Part shown: piece by piece, positions 38,907 to 47,112 of the stretch
How the letters are laid out: every line of letters starts with the position of its first letter
How positions within the stretch are numbered: the first letter of the stretch is position 1
Origin: a virus
Taxonomy: Duplodnaviria; Caudoviricetes
Strand: one strand, 5' to 3'
IMG/VR virus record: IMGVR_UViG_3300021403_000004
Location: 32,001 to 96,000 of that record
Length of the DNA: 64,000 bases
Notes under the pieces: model-generated
What the model was told of the DNA's origin: nothing
The model's input: the letters and a program-made list of their open reading frames with translations, nothing else
Databases searched by the model: none
Program-made: the position numbers and the translations under genes

Positions 38907-39841
38907 TCGAGAACCGGCCCTATACCTCGTGCTAGTGAGACTTTCGGGCTGTACCCGAGAGCACTGATCTTACTGATGTCAGGGCACCGCCGCGGAGGAC
39001 TGCCCGCCGGAAGCACCCCGGGCGTTATCTTCACGTCTCTGTTGTAGTGCGCACCGATAAGGGAGACCAGCTCTGCGATCGTTCTTTCCTCCGGGGTCCC
39101 CACGTGATAGATCCCGCTGGGCGTGCTCTCATCGAGAAGGAGCGCGAGCGCATCCGTGCAATCTGAGATGTGGCAGAACGCCCGGGTTTCCTGGCCTGTG
39201 CCCTGAATCGGAAACCGGATCACCCCTGCTCCCGGGTTCGCGTCAAGCAATGTGCTGATCCGGCGGCCGAACTCCGGGATCACGTGCTCGTAACCCCCGT
39301 CATTTCCGTAGACGTTGTGCGGGCGCGCGATGACGACCCGGTCCAGCACGCCCGTCCGCGCCCAGGCCAGGGCCATCAGCTCGCAGGCGATCTTCCCGCC
39401 GCCATAGGAGTACCGCGGGTTCTCCACGTCCGGCACCACCAGCGGGACGCTCTCGGGCGTGGGCACCTGGCGGGCCACCTGGTAGGCCTCAGAAGAGGAC
39501 ACCAGCAGCAGGCTCGCGGTGCCCGTCGCCTCGCACGCCGTGAGCACGTTCAGCATGCCCCGGATGGCCACGTCCAGCACCTGGCGCGGCTCAGCATAGA
39601 ACGTCTGCGTGCCCTGCAGGTACGCCAGGTGCGCGACCGCCTCGCAGCCCGCCATCGCATCACGGACGGCGGCGGCATCGCGCACGTCACCCTGCAGGAC
39701 CTCGCAGTTCACGCCCTCCAGGCGATCCTGGCGCCCGCGGGACATGTCATCCAGGACGCGGACCTCATGACCGTCCGCTGCCAGGCGCCGGACGAGGTCA
39801 CTGCCCACGAAGCCGGCCCCGCCAGTCACCAGGTAGCGCAT
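38882..39841 (-). CDS. NAD-dependent epimerase/dehydratase
   Basis: LVTGGAGFVG, SSSE.Y, YGGGK, RPHNVYG. Confidence 0.92.
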   Translation of the reverse strand: MRYLVTGGAGFVGSDLVRRLAADGHEVRVLDDMSRGRQDRLEGVNCEVLQGDVRDAAAVRDAMAGCEAVAHLAYLQGTQTFYAEPRQVLDVAIRGMLNVLTACEATGTASLLLVSSSEAYQVARQVPTPESVPLVVPDVENPRYSYGGGKIACELMALAWARTGVLDRVVIARPHNVYGNDGGYEHVIPEFGRRISTLLDANPGAGVIRFPIQGTGQETRAFCHISDCTDALALLLDESTPSGIYHVGTPEERTIAELVSLIGAHYNRDVKITPGVLPAGSPPRRCPDISKISALGYSPKVSLARGIGPVLDWYREHPK

Positions 39842-39904
39842 GAAGAGGACTCTAGCAGACTCAGGGCCTGGTAGCCCATGAAGAGACTCTAGCAGACTCG
39901 GGCT
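39840..39904. promoter_or_regulatory. direct repeat between divergent genes
   Basis: ATGAAGAG(G)ACTCTAGCAGACTC(A)GGGC twice. Confidence 0.55.
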
Positions 39905-39926
39905 TCGTGGTTGATACCATGACATC

Positions 39927-40547
39927 ATGACTGATGACAAGCTTCCTGGGTACCCGTCCGTCCTGGGCATCCTGGAACGGCTGGATGCAGCCGGGGCCAC
40001 CGGGATGCTGTCCAAGGACCTGGCGCTGTCCTTCCGGCTGAGGCCGCGCGGCCTGCACGCCACCCAGGTTGAGGTGAACACCTGCCTGGACAAGCTGTGC
40101 CAGGCAGGCCGCGTGCTGCGAGGAGGACTGGAGCCATCACCCTACTATCACGGGTCGCCGGCCTTCCGCTGGTACATCACGCCAGCGGGCACCGCGCACC
40201 TGAAGGCAGGCGGCCTCAAGGGCAAGGCCGCGGCACGGCGGGCCGTGCAGGCCCGCAGCCAGGACGCCCGCGACCAGGCCGCCCGGCAGCGCGCGGACGC
40301 CGAGGCGCGCGCCCGCGTGCGCGTGCAGTCCCTGGCGCCGGGCTGCACGCGCGAGCGCAACGAGGTGATCCGCGAGCTGCGCGCCACGGGCCTCACGCTG
40401 GCGTTCATCGGCGCCTTGCTCGGGATCACCCGCGAGCGCACCCGGCAGGTCCTCGCGAGCATCCGGGTGCGCCAGCCGTGCCGGTGCCCCCGGTGCCGGG
40501 CGTTACTTGGCCCGGTCGTATACCCGGTGGTGCTGCCTGCACAGTAG
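39927..40547 (+). CDS. HTH DNA-binding protein
   Basis: winged-helix-like N-terminus; GLTLAFIGALLGITRERTRQV sigma-region-4-like HTH. Confidence 0.7.
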   Translation: MTDDKLPGYPSVLGILERLDAAGATGMLSKDLALSFRLRPRGLHATQVEVNTCLDKLCQAGRVLRGGLEPSPYYHGSPAFRWYITPAGTAHLKAGGLKGKAAARRAVQARSQDARDQAARQRADAEARARVRVQSLAPGCTRERNEVIRELRATGLTLAFIGALLGITRERTRQVLASIRVRQPCRCPRCRALLGPVVYPVVLPAQ

Positions 40548-40700
40548 CACTAGATCAGCGCGAACGGTCATCCTTGTAGTCGTGGCCCGAGCTGCCGTTG
40601 ACGACGGTGGCCTTCTCCTTCCCGTTCACTTCAGGAAGGCCGCCCGTCTGACCGCCCTTGGCCAGCTCCTGGCCGTTGGGGTACACGCGGGCAAGGTCGC

Positions 40701-40958
40701 TCACGTCTGCACCCAGCCGCCGTCAGAGGATGCCCCGTTTCCCGGCCAGCTGCCCGCGATGGCCTCGCCTGACGGGCCGCACGCGCCCGCTTCCTGGATC
40801 TTGCGCCACGGGCCGCCTGCCGCGTCACCGCCCACGGCATCGTAGATCGTGCCGCTGGTCACCTGGTCCTCCGCGGCACCCGGCGCGCTGGCGTCATAAG
40901 GCTGCCACGGCAGTGCGGGCGGGGAGGTGATCGGGCTTGGTGCGTCTGCCATCGTCAT
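40701..40958 (-). CDS. small hypothetical protein
   Basis: CAGGAG RBS; capsid-downstream operon. Confidence 0.55.
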   Translation of the reverse strand: MTMADAPSPITSPPALPWQPYDASAPGAAEDQVTSGTIYDAVGGDAAGGPWRKIQEAGACGPSGEAIAGSWPGNGASSDGGWVQT

Positions 40959-40966
40959 GCTCCTGT

Positions 40967-41191
40967 TCAGGTCTGCAGCCAGCGGCCTGGGCCGTCCGGG
41001 AACGCCGCGGTGACGTTCCCGCTGCGGTCCGCCGTCCCGCTGCCATCGTCAACGGCCTTCCAGCCGCTCATCGTCGCGTCACTGGTGGCGTCCCAGTCCT
41101 GCTGCGGCGGCCCGCCTACCGTCGGCGAGGCCGTCACGACGTGCGGCGGGTCCGGGACGGTCACGTTCCCTATTGCCTTGTTGACGGCCAT
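40967..41191 (-). CDS. small hypothetical protein
   Basis: TGATG coupling; resembles its neighbour (W..V.D.G..FPDG..W.QT). Confidence 0.55.
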   Translation of the reverse strand: MAVNKAIGNVTVPDPPHVVTASPTVGGPPQQDWDATSDATMSGWKAVDDGSGTADRSGNVTAAFPDGPGRWLQT

Positions 41192-41502
41192 CAGGCAGCC
41201 GGCTTCCGCACGACGCCAGGCGTGGCCGTCCGGCTCCAGGCCGCGGTGCCCGGCCCGGTCCAGCGCTGGGAGCTGGCCTGCGGCTTGCCGTCGGTGCCCG
41301 GCGGGATCGCGCCCTTGTTCGTCGCCGTGATGGCCGGGTCGTTGCCGAAGTAGTCCCCTGCCGGGTGCATGACATCCACCGGCTGCGAGCCCGGGGCCGT
41401 CATCGCCTCCTCGTTGGAGGCCCGCATGTTGCCGCCTTCCTGGGAAGTGGGCGTCAGCGCGCTGACCGGGTCACCGGGCAGGAGGCTGCTCAGGTCCTGC
41501 AT
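41191..41502 (-). CDS. small hypothetical protein
   Basis: MQDLSS start right after the upstream stop. Confidence 0.5.
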   Translation of the reverse strand: MQDLSSLLPGDPVSALTPTSQEGGNMRASNEEAMTAPGSQPVDVMHPAGDYFGNDPAITATNKGAIPPGTDGKPQASSQRWTGPGTAAWSRTATPGVVRKPAA

Positions 41503-41506
41503 GGCT

Positions 41507-42034
41507 TCAGCCCCTGACCGCCCGGCCGCCGCGCAGGACGTGGCCGCCACCCGGCTGGTACCGGCCGCTGCCCGCCTGCGGCTCGTTGCCCTTGATCCCG
41601 GGAAGTTGCGGGCCGCCCGTGGCGTAGCCGCCATCATTGGCCTGCGTCGACTCCCGCGGGCCGGTGATGTCATCGGTCCGGGTGACCTGGTCGTACGGGC
41701 CGATGCCGTCATTGGGGTAGGTGTAGGTGATGGCCGTGCCGCCGCCATCGGTGTCCACCACGCCCTGCGTGCCCGGGGCGCCCGTGCTCACGATCTCCTC
41801 GTGCGTGATGCCGGTCAGGCCGTCAATGGTCTGGCCCTTCTCGTTGGTCGGGTCCAGTGCCTCCGCGCTGGTCGCCGAGCCAGGAGCGCCCGTGCCCGTC
41901 GGCAGCGGGCCGCCGAAGATGGCGGTGCCCCAGTCCCCGACCGGGTACTGGCCGGGCTCATTCGTCGGGTCGGCGGTCTCAGCCGTCCCCGAGTACGGCC
42001 GGTTGCTCGTCGTGGTCTTGCCAGGGCCTGCCAT
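41507..42034 (-). CDS. Gly/Thr/Pro-rich putative head-associated protein
   Basis: GGGAG RBS; DPTNE repeats. Confidence 0.65.
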   Translation of the reverse strand: MAGPGKTTTSNRPYSGTAETADPTNEPGQYPVGDWGTAIFGGPLPTGTGAPGSATSAEALDPTNEKGQTIDGLTGITHEEIVSTGAPGTQGVVDTDGGGTAITYTYPNDGIGPYDQVTRTDDITGPRESTQANDGGYATGGPQLPGIKGNEPQAGSGRYQPGGGHVLRGGRAVRG

Positions 42035-42066
42035 GTCCGGCTCCCTTCCTCGTCTTCATCCTACGC

Positions 42067-42453
42067 TTACAGCCTGGGGCCGAACCGCGATTGCAAGTCC
42101 GCCTTGGTCATCTTCGCCGCCGTGTCCGGGTCCATGCCCTGGCTCACCGCGTAGTCGACCCACGACTGCTTAGGATCTGCCGGAGCTGGCGGGGCCGGCG
42201 GCAGCGGCGCGAAGTTCTCCACGGGGCCGTCCGGCGCAGCCTCCTCATCCTCTTCTGGCAGCACGGCAATCTGGGCGGGTGACGCCAGCGGTGGCGGGGG
42301 TGCCACATAGGGCGGCTCCACTTCCATGGCCATGCCACCGCGGATCAGGTGCTCGCCTTCCCAGTCCTCTACCTGGAACGGCGTCCACCCGGGCGGGTAC
42401 CGGTCACCGTTAGCGCGGGTCCCCGACATGTGCATGGTGGTCTGGATCCACAT
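42067..42453 (-). CDS. capsid-downstream protein with HeH/Rho-N-like C-terminus
   Basis: K..WVDYA...G...A..MTKADL. Confidence 0.7.
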   Translation of the reverse strand: MWIQTTMHMSGTRANGDRYPPGWTPFQVEDWEGEHLIRGGMAMEVEPPYVAPPPPLASPAQIAVLPEEDEEAAPDGPVENFAPLPPAPPAPADPKQSWVDYAVSQGMDPDTAAKMTKADLQSRFGPRL

Positions 42454-43400
42454 AACGTCAGCTCTTCCTTACGCCGGTCAAGCAGCGCCGCGTACATCTC
42501 ATCCGGGTAGTACTCGGCAATGAATGCGATCAGGTCTTCTAGCCGCTGCCCCCGCGGCTGGTTCTTGCGGACCCACAGTTCCAGGTTCTCCGGGCGGTTG
42601 TCACTGCGGATGCCGTTCTTGTGATGCGCGTCCTCAAACGTCCGCAGCAGGCGGCCGATCATCTGCTCCATCACCAGCCGGTGCTCCAGGACGGGGCGGC
42701 CATTCCGGCGCTCAGCCGACATCCGGTAGCCATCAGTCGTGGTGTAGCCCTGGCTTTTACGTGGCTGCGCGCCCCACTTGCCGACTGGGTCGCCCGTATG
42801 CAGCCAGCGCTGGTAGTGCATCCCGCACCAGCCGCGCCTCGTAGCTTGCCTCTCGCAGCTCTCGACAGCGCACGTTACCCCTTGCCATTTCGTTACGCGC
42901 TCTGACTGAGGAATCAAGGCAGCGCCACCTGCGTCACCGGTCCTGCGCAACCGTGCGTAGTGCGTCTCACAGTAGCCAAGAGACCTGACTGGGTTTTCAC
43001 ACCCTTCAACCGAGCAGGCCACTCCCGGGCTGTAATTCCGCGTTGCCTCTGCGCTGCCGTGCCTTTGAAACCTCATGTAGTGAAGTCGGCAGTAACCCTT
43101 GGCACTGTGCGGTTCATCACAGTCCTCTACCGAGCACACTGCCCCGGGATTCCAGGCGCGAGTTGCTTCTGGTGTTCCATGCCGCTCTACCCGATTCAGG
43201 TGGAGCTTGCAGTAACCGTGCGCATGCGGCTTGCTCGTGCAATCAACTGCCTGGCACTCCAGCGGCTGCCTGGCGTAGTCCCGCAACGGCGTGAGCGGCT
43301 TGCCGTTCATGAGCTGCTTGTAGTGCCGCGTGCAGTACCCGCGGCAGTATCGCAGCCTCGTGCAGCCCTCGAACGTGCATGGTTCAGTACTCTTAAGCAC
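42369..43400 (-). CDS. HNH homing endonuclease with five Cys-rich repeats (paralog of 602-1318)
   Basis: 5x C..E.C...GYC..H; [26 protein letters not shown]. Confidence 0.9.
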   Translation of the reverse strand: MLKSTEPCTFEGCTRLRYCRGYCTRHYKQLMNGKPLTPLRDYARQPLECQAVDCTSKPHAHGYCKLHLNRVERHGTPEATRAWNPGAVCSVEDCDEPHSAKGYCRLHYMRFQRHGSAEATRNYSPGVACSVEGCENPVRSLGYCETHYARLRRTGDAGGAALIPQSERVTKWQGVTCAVESCERQATRRGWCGMHYQRWLHTGDPVGKWGAQPRKSQGYTTTDGYRMSAERRNGRPVLEHRLVMEQMIGRLLRTFEDAHHKNGIRSDNRPENLELWVRKNQPRGQRLEDLIAFIAEYYPDEMYAALLDRRKEELTLCGSRPPCTCRGPALTVTGTRPGGRRSR

Positions 43401-43644
43401 TGCTGGCCCCTCCCACACAGGGTGCTGGCTGAGAGCGGACGGCACGCACGCCGTCCGCTCTCCCCATGCTAGGGCCGGTACATGAACTGGCGCAAGCCTT
43501 CGCTCAAGAATGGCGCGTTCTGTTACGAGATCTGGTGCGAAAACGTGAAGACTCGCACATGCGCGCCCACGCTCTCGTACCAGTTCCCGAATCACTACAG
43601 TTCTCCTTCTGTTGCGTACCGAACGAGTTCTCGAAAAAACTCGA

Positions 43645-44895
43645 TTATGCGCTGGCGCCTTTGTAAACGCGAATCGCGCCCGTGCGGTCCACCATCGTCC
43701 CGTCCCCACGGAGGATAGCCCTGAAGGTTACCAAATCCGTGGAGAAGGCGAAGTCATCGGACCTTTCGAACCTGACCCCGCCGACGAGCCGGACGAAGTA
43801 CTGCGAGAAGTCCCCGAACGCGATCGACAGGGCGTTGGTGGCCAGGGCCGGCATGAACGGGTCGGCGACCAGCGGCTTGCCGAGCAGCAGGTCCGGGCTG
43901 CCGAGCACGGCTGACGGCTCCCAGATCGGGCGCCCCACCGTGTCGGTGATCTTGCGGAACCCGCCGATGGTCTTGTCCGCGGCCAGCCAGTAGCAGGACC
44001 GGCTCTGGCGGTACGGGGCGATGACCGAGTACTCCAGGTCGACCAGGTTGGCGTAGCTGGGCGCGCCGCCCACGCCGGTCGTGGCGCCGGTAACGCCCAC
44101 GGAGTTGTTGACGATGCCGTAAGGCTGCCCGGCGCCTGACCCGTTGACCAGGTCGGTGCCGAACGCGTTGCCCAGCGCGCGGCCGGCCTGCATGGCCAGG
44201 TAGCCGAGCAGGTCGACGGCCGTGTCATCGATGAGCTCGCGGGCCACCTGGAGCAGGACGCCGTACTTGTACGCCGACAGCGTCTGCATGCTGAAGGCCG
44301 GGTCTGAGGACGCGATCGTGCCTGCCTGCGCCGCCGAGGCCGCCGTGGAGTGACCGGTCGTCTTCGGGACCTGCAGCGTCTCGCCACCGCCGGTGTTCAG
44401 CACCGTGGGACCGCACTGCATGACGCCGGAGACCTCAATGAGGTGCGCGATCAGCATGTCATAAAAATCAGTCGGCACGATTGAGGACGCGTTCGTGCCG
44501 CCGACGCCAGCGGTGGTCAGGATGCGGTAGTTCACCGGGCCGCGAGCCGCCGTGTCGTGCTTGAGCTCCATCGCCCGCGGGGTGCCGGGCTCGCCGCGCG
44601 CCCACTTGCGCAGCTCGGCATCCATCGCGCCCTGCGCCGGAGCCTTGCGGTCCTGCGGCTTGTCGGCCAGGTCGTTGAAGGCCTTGTCCGCGTCCGAGGC
44701 GCGCTTCTCCTGGTCCAGTACCGCCTTGATCCGGGTGTCCAAGACGGACATTTCTTCCTGCATCGCCTCCCACCGGCCCTGCTCCTCCGGCGTGAAGCTG
44801 CGGTTCTCCTCAGCCGCATCTTCGGCGATCTTCTTTGCTTCGTTCCAGACGTTGAGCCTGCGATCCCTAAGACGCTTGGCCACTTCGCTTGCCAT
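43645..44895 (-). CDS. HK97-fold major capsid protein
   Basis: N-terminal coiled-coil delta domain; YKYG.L.QV.RELI.D; LLGKPL; FGDFS.Y.VR. Confidence 0.95.
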   Translation of the reverse strand: MASEVAKRLRDRRLNVWNEAKKIAEDAAEENRSFTPEEQGRWEAMQEEMSVLDTRIKAVLDQEKRASDADKAFNDLADKPQDRKAPAQGAMDAELRKWARGEPGTPRAMELKHDTAARGPVNYRILTTAGVGGTNASSIVPTDFYDMLIAHLIEVSGVMQCGPTVLNTGGGETLQVPKTTGHSTAASAAQAGTIASSDPAFSMQTLSAYKYGVLLQVARELIDDTAVDLLGYLAMQAGRALGNAFGTDLVNGSGAGQPYGIVNNSVGVTGATTGVGGAPSYANLVDLEYSVIAPYRQSRSCYWLAADKTIGGFRKITDTVGRPIWEPSAVLGSPDLLLGKPLVADPFMPALATNALSIAFGDFSQYFVRLVGGVRFERSDDFAFSTDLVTFRAILRGDGTMVDRTGAIRVYKGASA

Positions 44896-45019
44896 TTTTA
44901 GCTACTCCTTTCGAGAGAAGCTCGTGACTTTCGCGCCAAGATATGACGCGACGGTCACCGGCTCCGTCCACACCCAGGAAGGGCAGCTACGGCCACGGAT
45001 CTGTGGTACATTCACTCGC

Positions 45020-46012
45020 ATGTCCCGTATCGACCTCACAGGACAGCGCTTCGGACAGCTCATAGCCGTCGAAGTCATGGAAGGCCAGCGCATCAACGGC
45101 GGCCTTGCCTGGCTGTGCCGCTGCGACTGCGGCACTGAAAAGGTCTTCGCCTCCGGCGAGCTACGCCGGGGTCGCGCCTGGTCCTGCGGCTGCGGCATGC
45201 CCCGGTCCGTCGACATCGCCGGCCAGCGCTTCGGCCGGCTGACCGCCCTCTCAGCAGTAGACGGCCAGCGCATCCACGGATCACTCGCCTGGCTCTGCCG
45301 TTGTGACTGCGGCACCGAGAAGGTCCTGTCCTCGGACACACTGCGCGCTGGCCGTACCCAGTCCTGCGGCTGCAACGGCATAGCGCACCCCATCAACCTG
45401 GCCGACCAACGCTTCGGGTCCCTGCTCGTCCTCGGTGCCGCTGAAGGCCAGCGCATCCACGGATCGCTTGCCTGGCTATGCCGCTGCGACTGCGGCACTG
45501 AGAAGGTCCTCGCCTCCAACGCACTACGCACCGGCCACACCCAGTCCTGCGGCTGCGGCATGCACGCCGGAACGCACGGCCAGTCGTCGCGGCAAGGCAA
45601 GCCCACGCCCGAGTACATGGCCTGGGAGGCCATGAAGCAGCGGTGCCTTAATCCCCGCCATAAGGCGTTCCCCCGATACGGCGGCCGAGGCATTACCGTG
45701 TGCCCGGAGTGGATTGACTCGTTCGAGGCCTTCTTCGCGCACGTCGGCCCACGCCCCGGCCCGGAATATAGCCTGGACCGCTACCCGGATAATAACGGGA
45801 ACTACGAGCCGGGCAACGTACGCTGGACGACCTGGGAGGAGCAGAACCGGAACCAGCGCCCGCGCACGCCAGGACTGAAGCGACCCGGACGGCGCAAGGG
45901 GCCGCCACGGTACGCCGAATGCCACCCAGATCGCCCGCACGAAGCCAAGGGCCTGTGTCATGCGTGCTACCAGGCGGCCTGGTACCAGGCTCATCGTTCT
46001 CCTCCTCCCTGA
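45020..46012 (+). CDS. homing endonuclease with three CRCDCG/SCGC repeats
   Basis: DL.GQRFG.L..WLCRCDCG x3; YGGRGITVC.EW; LDR.PDNNGNYEPGNVRW. Confidence 0.9.
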   Translation: MSRIDLTGQRFGQLIAVEVMEGQRINGGLAWLCRCDCGTEKVFASGELRRGRAWSCGCGMPRSVDIAGQRFGRLTALSAVDGQRIHGSLAWLCRCDCGTEKVLSSDTLRAGRTQSCGCNGIAHPINLADQRFGSLLVLGAAEGQRIHGSLAWLCRCDCGTEKVLASNALRTGHTQSCGCGMHAGTHGQSSRQGKPTPEYMAWEAMKQRCLNPRHKAFPRYGGRGITVCPEWIDSFEAFFAHVGPRPGPEYSLDRYPDNNGNYEPGNVRWTTWEEQNRNQRPRTPGLKRPGRRKGPPRYAECHPDRPHEAKGLCHACYQAAWYQAHRSPPP

Positions 46013-46065
46013 ACTTGTCTTTCCGGCTAACCGGGAAGTTTTCGGTTATACTGGGTGAGACCGTG

Positions 46066-47091
46066 CTACTCCATATCGGAATAGGGGTCTTCCATGTTCA
46101 TCTGCAGGGCGAGCATGGCCTGCTGGCCGCTCAGGACGGGCTTGCGCGGCGGAGTAGGCTCTGAGCGCTTGGCCGGGCCGGCGTTATCGGTGCGGCGGAA
46201 GAACTCCATGCCCCGGCCGTCAGCCAGCCGTGAGCGCACTTCCTCCGGCTCGGCCTGCACCCAGTTGGACAGTGACTCCACCGCGCCGTTCAGCGCGCGG
46301 GCCGCCGCCGTCGAGTCCGGGTAAGCGGGATCGAGCACGGGCGCGACGTCCACCAGCTGCACCGACAGCAGCGTCCGCATGGGGTAGTTGAACTCGCTGA
46401 CGCCCCACTCATCGCCGCCCGGGAAGACGCGGAACGCGAAGCTGGAGTGCCGGACGTCGCCGCGCTGGCAATATTCGATAATGTCTGCCCGGGACTGCGG
46501 CGGGATCACGTCGTACAGCAGGCCCTGCTCGTCCACCTTGAGGTCCAGCGTGCGAGCGTACGTCGTGCCCAGCAGCAGGTCATCCTTGTGGTTGAACCGG
46601 CAGACGACATCGGGCCAGTGATCAGCCCGGGACTCGTTGAACGCCAGCGGCGAGACCTGCTCCACGAAGCCGCCCAGCTTGCGCGACAGCTTGCCGAAGC
46701 AGGCCGCGTACCCGTAAATGTGCTTGGGGTCCTCCGGGTGCGCCTGGCGCACCTCCAGCGGGAACCGGGTGAACCGGCGCTCCGGGAAGCCGTCCGGCGG
46801 CACCTCGCCAAAAGATGAGCGCTGCGCGCCGGACACCGTGATGCCGAACTTGCGGGCTGCGGCCAGGATCTTCGGCAGCGCCTGCTTGCCGAAGGGCGAC
46901 TGCGGCGCGCGGACCAGGGCATTGCGCGTGTGCGGGGCATCGTGCACGGGAAAGTGCCGCTTGCTGCGCGGCACCGTGCGGCCCGAGGAATCCTTCTTGC
47001 CGCCGTCCTCGATGTAGGCGAACGCGCTGTCGGGCAGGTTGTTGATCGCTGCCGTGTTCATCGCGGCCCGCGGCTCGTCACTCATGTGCAT
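46066..47091 (-). CDS. HK97-family prohead protease with N-terminal extension
   Basis: GYAACF..LGGFVEQ..FNH..LLG..SSFAF..L.DVAPV..PAY; N-terminal LPDSAFAY..FPVHD domain. Confidence 0.92.
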   Translation of the reverse strand: MHMSDEPRAAMNTAAINNLPDSAFAYIEDGGKKDSSGRTVPRSKRHFPVHDAPHTRNALVRAPQSPFGKQALPKILAAARKFGITVSGAQRSSFGEVPPDGFPERRFTRFPLEVRQAHPEDPKHIYGYAACFGKLSRKLGGFVEQVSPLAFNESRADHWPDVVCRFNHKDDLLLGTTYARTLDLKVDEQGLLYDVIPPQSRADIIEYCQRGDVRHSSFAFRVFPGGDEWGVSEFNYPMRTLLSVQLVDVAPVLDPAYPDSTAAARALNGAVESLSNWVQAEPEEVRSRLADGRGMEFFRRTDNAGPAKRSEPTPPRKPVLSGQQAMLALQMNMEDPYSDME

Positions 47092-47112
47092 TCCTTGTCG
47101 TCCGGGGCTGCA

